64,000 nt of DNA, from positions 1 through 64,000 of IMG/VR virus record IMGVR_UViG_3300014057_000005; one strand, written 5' to 3'. The stretch is from a virus (Duplodnaviria; Caudoviricetes). Shown here one piece after another: positions 49,329 to 59,158 of the stretch. How positions within the stretch are numbered: the stretch's first letter is position 1; every line of letters begins with the position of its first letter. Both the position numbers and the translations under genes were made by a program. The notes below the pieces were generated by a model that was given only the letters and a program-made list of their open reading frames with translations, did not search any database and was not told the origin of the DNA.

Positions 49329-49772
49329 ATGGCAGATTTAACAACAAAAACATTAAATGAGCTGGATACGGTTGAGTCTGTAACCAGTACAGACCATGTG
49401 CTGATTGAAAGCGGTGGTCGAATGAAACGCGCAGACAGTTCGCTTGTGGGCGGCGCAGCCTATGTGCTTTATACAAGCGATTTTAAAGAAGAAAACCATG
49501 CGGGCGGTATAATGGCTTGTCATAATACAACTATTTATAACGGATTACTCAGAGCGATCGATGAAGGCCGGCCCGTGCTAATTATGGATAGCGATGCTGG
49601 TGATGTTAGTTATGTGCCTAACATCCATGTGTTTTCGGATGCGGCAATCGGTTTGAGAAGTTATTATGCGTCTCTTCTTGTTACTCCTTCTGATGGTTAT
49701 TCTTCATCGGATCTCTATATACTCCGCGCAATATCACTCCTACTGAACAGTATATGCATACAGTATAAATAA
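49329..49772 (+). CDS. Hypothetical fibre-associated protein
   Basis: AAGGAG RBS; N-terminus duplicated upstream. Confidence 0.65.
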   Translation: MADLTTKTLNELDTVESVTSTDHVLIESGGRMKRADSSLVGGAAYVLYTSDFKEENHAGGIMACHNTTIYNGLLRAIDEGRPVLIMDSDAGDVSYVPNIHVFSDAAIGLRSYYASLLVTPSDGYSSSDLYILRAISLLLNSICIQYK

Positions 49773-49788
49773 GAAAGGACAGCAGTAA

Positions 49789-50109
49789 ATGTCAATAACA
49801 AAATATTTGAATTTATCCCATCTGAGAAAGCTGTTGTCCGCGTTGGGTCAAAGGTTCTACGCTATTGAACAACGACAAGATAACTTACAGTCTCAGATGG
49901 AAAACTTCGCAATTCCAACCAAAGTTTCAGACCTCAACAATGACGCAGGTTATATGACGCAGAGTCAGGTCAATACTCTTATCACTACTATGGGTGACGC
50001 GGACACAACCTACAGCATTTCCATGTCCGGCAACGTAATCACGCTGACGGGTTCTGACGGAAACAGCACAACTGTTACGCTTCCGGTCTACACAGGGGGT
50101 GTGGTATGA
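49789..50109 (+). CDS. Fibre-like small protein
   Basis: IPTKVSDLNNDAGY motif. Confidence 0.65.
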   Translation: MSITKYLNLSHLRKLLSALGQRFYAIEQRQDNLQSQMENFAIPTKVSDLNNDAGYMTQSQVNTLITTMGDADTTYSISMSGNVITLTGSDGNSTTVTLPVYTGGVV

Positions 50110-50882
50110 GTACAACCGTAACATATGAGGGCAGTACGATTGCCACGGTAAAAAACAACACAAAGACACTTCAGACCGCTGGAAAGTATTTGACGGATGA
50201 TATTACGCTCACGGATACTTCCCAGAGTGGGGGAGATCCCGCAGAGGATATTAAGAAATATGCAGACGGAACTCTCACTGAAATCGATTTAACAGGTGTC
50301 ACGTCTGTTGTCGAAAGAGCGTTTAGTTACAGGCAAAACGGAAATGAACTACGCATAAATGCGCCAGATCTAACCACAGTTGAGCAGTATGCGTTTTGGC
50401 AATCTACCAAAATTACTTCTGGGTACTTCCCGAAGGTTACAACAATCAAAAAACAAGGGTTTTACTATACCAGCTTTGTTAAAGTTGCTTTTCCAAGCCT
50501 TACGACATTTTATGGGATGAACAACTTGACTTCTAATAGATCGTTAATTGCGATAGACTTAGGGCAAGTATCTAGTCTTATTTATCAATGTCTGTATGGT
50601 TGCTCTAAGCTTACAACGATTGTATTGCGGAAATCCAACGCCATAACGACTATGGCAAATGTCAATGCTCTAAACGGCACACCCTTTGCGTCTGGTGGTT
50701 CTGGCGGCACAATTTACATTCCGAAGGTTCTTTATGATGAACTTGGAACAGGCTCTTCACTTGATTACAAAGCTGCAACGAACTGGTCTACACTGGACAG
50801 CTATGGAACAATTACATGGGCGCAGATTGAAGGAAGTTATTATGAAACCCATTATGCAGACGATACAGAGGTGACCACATGA
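50106..50882 (+). CDS. BspA-type leucine-rich repeat protein
   Basis: VTSVVERAF, LTTVEQYAF, CSKLTTIVL, IYIPK...YKAATNWS. Confidence 0.75.
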   Translation: MSTTVTYEGSTIATVKNNTKTLQTAGKYLTDDITLTDTSQSGGDPAEDIKKYADGTLTEIDLTGVTSVVERAFSYRQNGNELRINAPDLTTVEQYAFWQSTKITSGYFPKVTTIKKQGFYYTSFVKVAFPSLTTFYGMNNLTSNRSLIAIDLGQVSSLIYQCLYGCSKLTTIVLRKSNAITTMANVNALNGTPFASGGSGGTIYIPKVLYDELGTGSSLDYKAATNWSTLDSYGTITWAQIEGSYYETHYADDTEVTT

Positions 50883-51115
50883 TTAAAACCGAACATCTCA
50901 CAATCAACGGCAGAGCCTTCGTTCGAACGTATTCCGATAGTAACCGTTATGTAGTTCGCGATGGTGTAGCTTATGCGGAAGCATACGATCCGGCAGAATT
51001 TGGACGAGTGTATACCGAAGGTGATGTTATGGAAGATGATGTCACAGATGAGGACTACGCGGAAGCTGGGAAGATCTTGATGGGGAAGGATGGATCAGGC
51101 TACCACAGAGCGTGA
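50879..51115 (+). CDS. Small protein coupled to the LRR gene
   Basis: RTYSD...Y.EA.D...YTE; overlapping start and stop. Confidence 0.65.
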   Translation: MIKTEHLTINGRAFVRTYSDSNRYVVRDGVAYAEAYDPAEFGRVYTEGDVMEDDVTDEDYAEAGKILMGKDGSGYHRA

Positions 51116-51214
51116 GCGTGAGGCAATTAGACACTGTATGGAATCGATGTAAGTTTAACCGGGCTGTCTCTCTGTTTTACGGGGAGATAGCCCTCTCCTA
51201 GTGAGGGTATACCA

Positions 51215-51610
51215 ATGGACATTTTTCAGACCTTTATTGCCGCGCTCTTTGGTGGCGGTTTAATTGCATTTATCGAGTTCTTAATTAGAAGACACGATGA
51301 GCGTGGCGACAAAAATAGCGCCATACTTAAGGCGATTGACAGCCTTGGCAAAGAGATTGATAAGCTCGGTTATAAACTAGACGAGCGCGAAGCCATTCTT
51401 GCAAGATCACACATTTTAAAGTTTAATGACGAATTATACTGCGGCATAGAACATACGCGTGAGTATTTCGACCAGATTCTTGACGATATCACTGACTATA
51501 ATCAATATTGTGAAAATCATCCAACGTTCAAAAATGAGCGCACGGTAATGGCGACTCAGCACATCCGCGATACTTATAGATTGCTCGAAGAAAAGCATAA
51601 GTTTTTATAA
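51215..51610 (+). CDS. Membrane-anchored lysis-module protein (holin-like)
   Basis: N-terminal TM helix; ILKFNDEL, YCENHPTFKN. Confidence 0.65.
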   Translation: MDIFQTFIAALFGGGLIAFIEFLIRRHDERGDKNSAILKAIDSLGKEIDKLGYKLDEREAILARSHILKFNDELYCGIEHTREYFDQILDDITDYNQYCENHPTFKNERTVMATQHIRDTYRLLEEKHKFL

Positions 51611-51625
51611 TAGGAGGTGACTACT

Positions 51626-51835
51626 ATGAGATTGAGCGATTCTGTTTATGATATTCTGAAATGGGTTGTTATGCTAGCTCTCCCGGCGATTGCAACTTTG
51701 GTTGGCTCTCTCGGCGTGATTTGGGGACTCCCCTACGCGGATTCTATCCAGAACACCATCGTTGCGGTCAATGCTGCTCTGGCTATGATGCTTGGTATCA
51801 GCACCGTAAACTACCAGAAGGAAAAACAGCAATGA
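51626..51835 (+). CDS. Holin (Dp-1 type)
   Basis: LSDSVYDILKW..LALPA, two TM segments, LGIST. Confidence 0.8.
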   Translation: MRLSDSVYDILKWVVMLALPAIATLVGSLGVIWGLPYADSIQNTIVAVNAALAMMLGISTVNYQKEKQQ

Positions 51836-53703
51836 GGAAATACTATCCTGATATCAGCCACTATCGAAAAGTGACAGACTGGGGCAAGGTCAAACAGCCC
51901 TGCCCCTTTATTATTTGCAAAGCCACACAAGGCACCTCTTTTGTTGACCCAACGCTAAAAGAATTTATTGACGGGTGCGAGAAAAACGAGATTCCTTATT
52001 GGCTCTATTGTTATCTGAATAAGGGCGACGAATTACCACAGGCCGAATTTATGGTAAAAACCTGCGAACCACTCGTGGGTAATTTCTTTGTTGGCTACGC
52101 ACTTGATGTGGAAGCCGATAACACATATGACGGGGTGAAGAAAGCACTTGAATTCATCAAGACGAAACGCCCCAAAGCACTTCTCTACATTGGTCGTTCA
52201 TTCTACGAGAAGGACTTATTTAAAAACATTATCATTAATCGCGGAGATAATGTTGCCTTCTGGCAGGCTCGTTACGGGAAAAATGACGGCCTTTATGAAA
52301 CGTACGACTATAACAAATACCCGATTAGTCCCGGCGTTGACCTTCATCAATATACGAGCGCTGGAAATGTGCCGGGTATTGATAAACCCTGTGACTGCAA
52401 CATGATTATCGGGGGCAATAAAGACGAGGCGTGGTATACCACGGTCGCCAAAGAGGAAAAGGAGGAAAAGAATATGGCTTATACGGCTGCGGCGGTAATC
52501 GCTGAAGCTAGAAAATGGGAAGGCTATCTGGAAAAATCGAAGACCGGAACGGATGCACAGCTTCAAAGTAAAACTTGGAGTCCGGGCGAAAAGAATATTA
52601 CTTGGTTCTGGCAGTGGCTTTACAACCACGGACTTTGCACAAAGAGCTATCTTGTTGGGGCGGCATGGTGCGACGCGTTCAACGATTATTGCCACGCGGT
52701 TGTTGGAGGCATCGACAAGGCTACTAAGTCTCTCGGGGGATTTTCCTATTACACCCCTACTTCTGCGTCTTACTACAAAAAGGCAGGCAGATGGATCCCG
52801 GCGAATGGAACGCCTAAGGCAGGCGACCAGATTTTCTTTAAGAACAGTACGCGGATTTACCACACCGGAATCGTAATAGATGTCACATCCAGCAAGGTGT
52901 ATACAATCGAGGGCAATACAAGTTCTGCTTCTGGCGTTGTTGAGAACGGCGGTTGTGTGCGTGAGAAATCCTACTCTCGTTCCTCTTCTGCTATCGCTGG
53001 CTACGGCAGGCCGCTTTATGATTCTGAGAGCAATCCCGACCTGTCTAAAGGAAGCAAAGGGAACGCGGTAGGCGAACTGCAAACTATGCTGAATAAAGTC
53101 GCCAACGCAAAACTGACTGTCGATAGGGATTTTGGGTCTGCTACACAGAAAGCGCTTCTAGCATATCAGAAATCGAAGGGGCTTGACGCTGATGGAATTT
53201 ATGGGCAAAAGACCCGTGCGGCTCTCGTCGCTGACTACTCTAAAGCCATGAATGGTTTCAACCAGTGCGTGAAAGACTTTGAGGCGTGGTCTGCCGAAAC
53301 ATATCCGGGGACTTCGAAGAAAGCCATTGGGCGGACGCTCAATTCGACCGGCTACTGGGGAGAGAACGAGAACGACAAGTATGTTGCTCTCGCTATTTTC
53401 AAGTACAATCTGAACGATGATTACAACGCGGACGATCTCTACCTTGATAACCATAACTGGACAAAGGCGACTGACGAAGCGGCGGCTCGTGCTGTGCTTC
53501 AGAAGGGCACAACCGCAAATCACATGACAAGAGTCCTTAAGGCGCTCCTCGCTGCGCAAGGTTTTTACTTTGGGAAGTTTGACGGTGTGTTCGATGACGA
53601 AGTGGAACAGGCGGTCTATGCCGAGCAGAAATACTTTGGCCTTGGGCAGAACGGCAAGGTCGAGCGGCGAGACTGGAAGTGCCTGTTTGGATTTGGCAAA
53701 TAA
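51832..53703 (+). CDS. Endolysin: GH25 muramidase, CHAP domain and peptidoglycan-binding domains
   Basis: DISHY, KATQG, ALDVE; AWCDAF...HTGIV...TIEGN; LSKGSKGNAVGELQ...DGIYG; ATG overlaps the holin stop. Confidence 0.9.
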   Translation: MRKYYPDISHYRKVTDWGKVKQPCPFIICKATQGTSFVDPTLKEFIDGCEKNEIPYWLYCYLNKGDELPQAEFMVKTCEPLVGNFFVGYALDVEADNTYDGVKKALEFIKTKRPKALLYIGRSFYEKDLFKNIIINRGDNVAFWQARYGKNDGLYETYDYNKYPISPGVDLHQYTSAGNVPGIDKPCDCNMIIGGNKDEAWYTTVAKEEKEEKNMAYTAAAVIAEARKWEGYLEKSKTGTDAQLQSKTWSPGEKNITWFWQWLYNHGLCTKSYLVGAAWCDAFNDYCHAVVGGIDKATKSLGGFSYYTPTSASYYKKAGRWIPANGTPKAGDQIFFKNSTRIYHTGIVIDVTSSKVYTIEGNTSSASGVVENGGCVREKSYSRSSSAIAGYGRPLYDSESNPDLSKGSKGNAVGELQTMLNKVANAKLTVDRDFGSATQKALLAYQKSKGLDADGIYGQKTRAALVADYSKAMNGFNQCVKDFEAWSAETYPGTSKKAIGRTLNSTGYWGENENDKYVALAIFKYNLNDDYNADDLYLDNHNWTKATDEAAARAVLQKGTTANHMTRVLKALLAAQGFYFGKFDGVFDDEVEQAVYAEQKYFGLGQNGKVERRDWKCLFGFGK

Positions 53704-53712
53704 GGGGAATTT

Positions 53713-54186
53713 ATGAGAACAAGAAGAAAAGAATATGAGTTTACTCCGGCGGCGGACAAAACCACGATGCATGATGTGGCAATGCAGATTTGGAACACAA
53801 CGAAGTCTAAGGAACAAGAGGAGAAGGTCGGCGAGCCTATTTCAAAGGCAAATATGGTAGACGATTCTCTTGCGAAGACAAATGCTTTCACTGGCGTAAA
53901 CGACACAAATAAAAAAAGAGCCGCTATCCGTGCGGTTCAACGTGCGCTCAATATTGAGATCGCAGGTTCGAACAAAGAGGATGGCGAGCTGGACAAACTG
54001 ACGAAGGCTCAACTAAACCAAGTTCGAGTTGCCAAAGGAGAAAAGAGTTATCTTGTAAGCGCCGCTCTTCTGCTTCTGGATATGGACGGTAAATACGACA
54101 AGGAAATTGAGATGCCTGCGGTGATGGGCGACCAGTTCGGCGCAGAGCTACTGACGAGAAATACTTTCAGAGATCTTGGCGTATAA
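53713..54186 (+). CDS. Hypothetical protein with degenerate peptidoglycan-binding-like segment
   Basis: AVQRALN...DGELDKLTKAQL. Confidence 0.55.
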   Translation: MRTRRKEYEFTPAADKTTMHDVAMQIWNTTKSKEQEEKVGEPISKANMVDDSLAKTNAFTGVNDTNKKRAAIRAVQRALNIEIAGSNKEDGELDKLTKAQLNQVRVAKGEKSYLVSAALLLLDMDGKYDKEIEMPAVMGDQFGAELLTRNTFRDLGV

Positions 54187-54193
54187 CTTTTAT

Positions 54194-54226
54194 GGGATTA
54201 CCCGTGTGGTAGTCCCTATTTTTTTT
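54194..54226 (+). terminator. Terminator of the late operon
   Basis: GGGATTACC-CGTGT-GGTAGTCCC plus T tract. Confidence 0.75.
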
Positions 54227-54263
54227 GCGCTTTGGCGTTATAGGGGGTGTTGTTTTGGACTCT

Positions 54264-54520
54264 AAATTTACGCCAATTTTACGCCAATCGGCTATAAAAC
54301 TATATAGGGATATATAAAGTTACATAGAGTGCAATTGCTGAAGAAATCCAGTATTTATAAGGGTTTATAGGCTTTTGTGGAGTTATATGGTGTTATGTGA
54401 AAAATGCATTTTGACTCCGATACCTAATTTCATTTGTACTTTACCCTCTCAAAAAACCTTGATTTTTCAACGTTTTTTCGGTTTCGCCTTCGGAATTTTA
54501 CGCCATTTCTACGCCATCTA
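54264..54520. other. Putative attP: paired TACGCCA arm repeats flanking a ychF-like core
   Basis: TTTACGCCAATTTTACGCCAA and TTTTACGCCATTTCTACGCCAT; - strand ATGAAATTAGGTATCG at 54433-54418; adjacent to the integrase 3' end. Confidence 0.65.
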
Positions 54521-54529
54521 ACGCAAAAA

Positions 54530-55753
54530 TCAGCCACACGCCGCCTCAAACAGCTTTATCGCTTCTAGCTTTGAGTCGTCGCTGACATGAACGTAAGTGT
54601 CCATTGTTGTTTTAATTGACGCATGCCCGAGCAGTTGTTGCAGAACTTTGGGCGGGACTCCGCGCTCAATTGCTCTCGTAGCGAACGTATGTCGCAGTGC
54701 ATGCATGCTGAATGGTTTAATGCCTGCCTCTTGGCAGAGCTTATACAGGTGTGTGTCGTAGGAGCTACTCTTCGCTGGCATACCGACCCGCCAGTTAATG
54801 AAGACGAGATCCTTCATACAGAAACTTATCGTCTCCCCTGTGTATCGGTCTGTATACCGCAACTCCTGTTCAAGCTGTGGCGACCTTTTTTGCGTGTCGC
54901 GCTCGTTGTAAATGTCGAGCAAAATCTGATACGCCCGCGTCGTCAACGGAATCACACGGTAACTCGTTGGTGTTTTTGGCGCTCCGGCATACCACTCTCC
55001 GCGAGAGTGCCTATACTCAAGCGTCTTATTAACCGTGATTGTGCGATTCTGAAAGTTAACTGCGTCCCATGTAAGCCCGACCAGTTCTCCCATTCGCAAA
55101 CCAGTCTCAAGGACAAATGCGTATTGCCTATAGTTATGAGAGCGCTTCGCGACCTGTAAGAATAGCTCTTGTTCGCTGGCTGTTAGATACCGCACCGCCG
55201 ATGCCTTGCGAACCGCCTTGGTATAACGTACGCCGTCCATTGGGTGTTTCACAATCACATCATTCATTTTGGCGGACTTAAACATCGTCCCCATCATGAT
55301 GTATGTCTGCCTGATTGTAGATCCCGCGTAATCGGCATCCATGTCGGCCAGAATCTTGCGGCAATGCAGTGCTTTCACATCGCGAATACGCATGTTGCCA
55401 ATCAATGGTTTGACGTTCGCCACATACCGATCCCGGTAATTACGCCTTGTGTTCCACGCCAACCCGGCATTCATGGTGTCCATCCACAGCGTATACCATT
55501 CGTCAACCGTCATTTCCGACATTTCGCTCGGACAGCTGTCTCCCAAACTGGCTACCATCTCAAATGGCGCTAGTGCAGTCTCGTGAGCACTTTTGTATCT
55601 GGCATCCGCCAACCAACTTTTCGCCTCTTTCAGTGAAGGGAAGTACTTCTCGACACGCCTACCTGCTTTGTTTGTAAACCTTGCTGAATATCTACCATCC
55701 TTTCTTTGTGAGAGACCCTCGCCTATCTCTCTGCCTTTTAGGTTTTTGCCCAC
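54530..55753 (-). CDS. int: Phage integrase (tyrosine recombinase)
   Basis: QRKDGRY arm-binding domain, TGLRMGE, PKT, HALRHTFATR, LLGH, TMDTY; GTG start after GAAAGGAG. Confidence 0.92.
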   Translation of the reverse strand: MGKNLKGREIGEGLSQRKDGRYSARFTNKAGRRVEKYFPSLKEAKSWLADARYKSAHETALAPFEMVASLGDSCPSEMSEMTVDEWYTLWMDTMNAGLAWNTRRNYRDRYVANVKPLIGNMRIRDVKALHCRKILADMDADYAGSTIRQTYIMMGTMFKSAKMNDVIVKHPMDGVRYTKAVRKASAVRYLTASEQELFLQVAKRSHNYRQYAFVLETGLRMGELVGLTWDAVNFQNRTITVNKTLEYRHSRGEWYAGAPKTPTSYRVIPLTTRAYQILLDIYNERDTQKRSPQLEQELRYTDRYTGETISFCMKDLVFINWRVGMPAKSSSYDTHLYKLCQEAGIKPFSMHALRHTFATRAIERGVPPKVLQQLLGHASIKTTMDTYVHVSDDSKLEAIKLFEAACG

Positions 55754-55841
55754 CTTGGTACTCCTTTCTCCAATGAAAAAAGAGTCCAAAACAACCATAT
55801 TATTATACTATGGGCGGACTCTTTTCTCAAGGTAGTTTCAC

Positions 55842-56054
55842 TTATATTTCAGAGCGTTCGCTTAGGAATCGCTCAAACTCTTTGCGCTTTACCAGTTTTT
55901 TGTTGCCAACAAAGAGAACAAACGGGCACTGAGGGGCTTTCAGCAGTTGGCTGATGCGGTTCTGCCCGATGTTACTATATGCGGCTGCTTCGGCAATGGT
56001 CAGCGCACACTTCTCAGGAATTGAAACACTCTCTTCTTTGCGTAATCTGGTCAA
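55842..56054 (-). CDS. xis: Excisionase (Tn916 Xis-like HTH)
   Basis: LTIAEAAAYSNIG...FVLFVGNKKLVKRKEFE; next to int; start uncertain. Confidence 0.8.
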   Translation of the reverse strand: MTRLRKEESVSIPEKCALTIAEAAAYSNIGQNRISQLLKAPQCPFVLFVGNKKLVKRKEFERFLSERSEI

Positions 56055-56463
56055 GTAACTCCTCTCCCGCTTCTGCCAAAACATATCGTGCAAAGGCTTC
56101 ATCGTCTGGATCGTATTTAAGATATTCGCGCCTAGCACCTACAACTCCAATCGTGTTGTACTGGTTAACAACGTTCTTATACCCGTCTTCTATCGGAACT
56201 TTCATAACTAATTTGAGCGACAGCGCATCCTCAGGAACCCATAGCACTACCTTGCCAGCACGGGTCTGCCCGAAAACAAATCCAAAGTCTTCCTCTGCCT
56301 GCATAATTTCTTTGAGTTTTAATGTTTCACCACTCACCGTATGCCGTTCGCCATCGATGATAATCTCGCACTGAATTTGTAACTCTGTTGTATTTTCTGG
56401 AATCTGGCAAATAACTGCCATGTTTTCGCATTCATATAGATCGCCCTTATTTGGCATCGGCAC
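56014..56463 (-). CDS. Hypothetical protein
   Basis: Co-oriented ORF in the early operon. Confidence 0.55.
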   Translation of the reverse strand: MPMPNKGDLYECENMAVICQIPENTTELQIQCEIIIDGERHTVSGETLKLKEIMQAEEDFGFVFGQTRAGKVVLWVPEDALSLKLVMKVPIEDGYKNVVNQYNTIGVVGARREYLKYDPDDEAFARYVLAEAGEELLDQITQRRECFNS

Positions 56464-56773
56464 CCTCCTTCTTTATAGCCTTGCGCAGGAGACCGTTCTG
56501 TAGCCACCCGAGAACCGTTCGCATCGCAGCGCTCTTAATGACCTCAATATGTTTGACTCTGCCGTTAAACATAACCCATGTCTGTTCTAATAACTCGTCT
56601 AGGCTTCTAATGGGGTCGCCAGAAGCAAACATTCGTTTACTTTCTAAGAACGCTTGGTGCTCTCTGTACGGAATGCACTCCCGGCAGTATGGGTTAAAAA
56701 TACTCGTCGTGCGTCTGCCTTTCCACTCAAACGCCATTGGGCAGTACTGGCACGGGTTTCGGCTCACACTCAC
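56447..56773 (-). CDS. Hypothetical Cys-containing protein
   Basis: CQYC, CREC; overlaps neighbouring genes. Confidence 0.55.
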   Translation of the reverse strand: MSVSRNPCQYCPMAFEWKGRRTTSIFNPYCRECIPYREHQAFLESKRMFASGDPIRSLDELLEQTWVMFNGRVKHIEVIKSAAMRTVLGWLQNGLLRKAIKKEGADAK

Positions 56774-56982
56774 TTCTTCTTCCCTTTCTTTTTCTTCTTT
56801 GGCGGTTTAGGCGATTCTTCGATTTCTTGTGCCAACTTCGCAAGGCATCGCTCATACATTAGTTGCTTGTTCTCTGGCGGATATGTAACGCGAAGGCATT
56901 CCTCGTAGGTATTTGCAATATTCATCACAATGAAGGCCGCCAGATACTCGTCGTTGCTTTTAAGGTACTCACTGAGTGTCAT
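56770..56982 (-). CDS. Small hypothetical protein with basic tail
   Basis: GGAGG RBS before ATG at 56982. Confidence 0.55.
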   Translation of the reverse strand: MTLSEYLKSNDEYLAAFIVMNIANTYEECLRVTYPPENKQLMYERCLAKLAQEIEESPKPPKKKKKGKKK

Positions 56983-57235
56983 CCGTTCCCTCCAGTGTAT
57001 AGATACTGTTCTCGGTAAAAACCTTGAAGCCACCGTTGAAATCTTCCACCTTCTTCACTGGCGATGTGATGAATCCAATGCGGGGATCCCCATCCGCATA
57101 CCGAAACAGAAAACGAAGTTCCTTATCTCTAAGGTACGTAGCCTCCGCATCGTATACATGAGTCCCAATACGGCTAGGCTTCTTATTCCCCTCATAATCT
57201 GTAATATCAACGATCTTGAACACGGTCTCGTACAT
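56969..57235 (-). CDS. Hypothetical protein
   Basis: TSPV...FTENSIYTL. Confidence 0.6.
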   Translation of the reverse strand: MYETVFKIVDITDYEGNKKPSRIGTHVYDAEATYLRDKELRFLFRYADGDPRIGFITSPVKKVEDFNGGFKVFTENSIYTLEGTDDTQ

Positions 57236-57238
57236 TTC

Positions 57239-57529
57239 TTACCCCCTACGCCTTCTAATCATTTCTACCAGATTGTTAATTTCTGTCAGTGCTTGCCACG
57301 CAGCGATGATGAGCCAAACTCCGGCGGCAGTCATAAACACAAGGTGGGAAATAGTGCCGTCCGCCAGAAAGAGGAGGAAGATATCGCACAGGCTAACAAA
57401 GAATGGGGCGCAAAACAGGAACATCCATTCTGGCGACCCCAAGACAGAAGCCTCTTCATACCGCGCAAATGCCACATAAAGCCACGCTAACATGTTAAAA
57501 AAGCCTAAAATCGACAGGCAAAGTGCCAT
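57239..57529 (-). CDS. Small membrane protein (about 3 TM segments)
   Basis: Hydrophobic; GGAGG RBS. Confidence 0.55.
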   Translation of the reverse strand: MALCLSILGFFNMLAWLYVAFARYEEASVLGSPEWMFLFCAPFFVSLCDIFLLFLADGTISHLVFMTAAGVWLIIAAWQALTEINNLVEMIRRRRG

Positions 57530-57548
57530 TTTGACCTCCCATTCTCGT

Positions 57549-57710
57549 TCAAATAATTGTTTTATGAAGCCGTTTCTTATCCCTAATTTTGAGCGATTTT
57601 TCTGTCTTTTTTAGGGATGATGTGATAGGTTTGATAATATATTCGCGGTGAACGTACCCCGCAAGAAGACCGTGGTCGTATTCGTCTTTATCGATTCTTT
57701 TTCTTCTCAT
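57549..57710 (-). CDS. Small basic protein (53 aa, not in the ORF track)
   Basis: AGAGGT RBS; MRRKRIDKDEY... Confidence 0.4.
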   Translation of the reverse strand: MRRKRIDKDEYDHGLLAGYVHREYIIKPITSSLKKTEKSLKIRDKKRLHKTII

Positions 57711-57841
57711 AACTACCTCTTATAATGGCGGAGCCGATTGCTCGACCCCGCCTCGAAATATAGGAACAGATCCCTAGGAAAATAGAAAGGAGGGTGCAAA
57801 CACATATGGAAAGGGAGAAATCGGGATCTGTATTACACTAT

Positions 57842-59158
57842 TTACACCTCGCTAAGAAGGTCTGCATCCATTGAAGCGACCTGCTCGTCTGTTAGGTTAT
57901 CCACTGCAATTCCGGCCAGACACTTGAACCAGAATCCCTTGGTCTTATAGGCTGTAAATTTCGGCCTATCTGCCAGAGTGACAACCACGCCCTCCGTGAT
58001 ATGCGTCCCGTTAGAAAGCGGTTCCGGTTGGTCTAGATACTTTTCACATCTGGCATTTAGGTCTTCCCATGTCGTGTAGAAGAACCGCTCAAGATAGGGG
58101 ACTGTATCTAATCCATGATTCGCGCACCATCTTCGCATTGTTTCATGCGGGATATCGAAGACCTCGCCATCTTCATTGGTAATCGTCATTCTATAGATGT
58201 ATGCGTGGCTCTCGCCGGGTTCGCAGCCGTAGTCGAAAACCATACGGTCGCCGTATCGTTTACGAAAATCTTTGTCGGCAACCTTTTTGACATCTGCTAC
58301 TGGCATAATCGGGGTCGAATCATTGACATACCCTACCAGTTCGCCATAGATTGTTACACCCTTCGGAAGAATCGGAGCAAGCTGTTCGGTGTACTTCTTG
58401 CGGAACTCGTTGCTCCCGTAGTAGCCACCGGAGTAATCATCGTCTAAGATGACCTTGCGTGTGCCACCTACAACCTTCCATTTCTTTTCAACAATTTCTT
58501 TTCTTGTCGGATGGAGGATCCGCTGAAGTAGGGTCGGCTTCTTATGGATCTCTTCAAGAGTGTTGCCAACGCGGAAGGAAGTACCGTGTAGCTTTCTTGT
58601 CAGATAAACCAGATCGCCCTCGTGAAACGCGTCTTGATTATAGGCAAGCTGCTCGGTATCAACATGTGGTTCAAAAAACGGAAACTCCGTGGTTTTTACC
58701 TTCTTTTTTCTCTCACCTCTCTTACCGCCGCCATTGCCTCTCTGGTTTCTTCGTATCGGAATGTATTTTCTACAAATAACCTCGTCGCCAAATTCGGAAA
58801 TTGCCTGACCTACTACTAACTTGGTTACATCACAATACGGGGATAAAACCTCAATCGGGAGGACAAGCCCCTCGGATTTTTCTTTTCGCAGCCGGATAGC
58901 CGTGATATTCCGCTTGCTAGGATCCATGTACCCGCCAATGTTGTTGCCGTCCGCGTCTTTCTTGCGAAGCAGGTTATTTTCTTCGCAAAACCGTTCGCTT
59001 AACTGTCCATCGACAGGAAAGTAAACGCACTTCTGTCCTTCATGATATTTAAGGTCGGTAATAACATTCTGTCCGTAGACCTCGAAGCACTGGAGCCGGT
59101 CTGCATTCGTGTGCTTTCTCGGCTCAGGCAGTTCTACAATATAAGCTTTATATGCCAT
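57842..59158 (-). CDS. RNA ligase (Rnl2/DRB0094-like with N-terminal OB domain)
   Basis: HTNADRL, SEGL, motif I KLHGT, IYGE, EGVVV, KTK. Confidence 0.85.
   Translation of the reverse strand: MAYKAYIVELPEPRKHTNADRLQCFEVYGQNVITDLKYHEGQKCVYFPVDGQLSERFCEENNLLRKKDADGNNIGGYMDPSKRNITAIRLRKEKSEGLVLPIEVLSPYCDVTKLVVGQAISEFGDEVICRKYIPIRRNQRGNGGGKRGERKKKVKTTEFPFFEPHVDTEQLAYNQDAFHEGDLVYLTRKLHGTSFRVGNTLEEIHKKPTLLQRILHPTRKEIVEKKWKVVGGTRKVILDDDYSGGYYGSNEFRKKYTEQLAPILPKGVTIYGELVGYVNDSTPIMPVADVKKVADKDFRKRYGDRMVFDYGCEPGESHAYIYRMTITNEDGEVFDIPHETMRRWCANHGLDTVPYLERFFYTTWEDLNARCEKYLDQPEPLSNGTHITEGVVVTLADRPKFTAYKTKGFWFKCLAGIAVDNLTDEQVASMDADLLSEV

Noticed and set aside
38473-51115. Diversity-generating retroelement or shufflon in the fibre region
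   Set aside because: No reverse transcriptase, no adenine-specific TR/VR pair and no inverted cassettes were seen
51661-51831. N-terminal 57 aa of the endolysin ORF
   Set aside because: Overlaps the holin in another frame; the true start is the coupled ATG at 51832
52216-53817. - strand ORFs of 288 and 219 aa
   Set aside because: Antisense shadows of the endolysin
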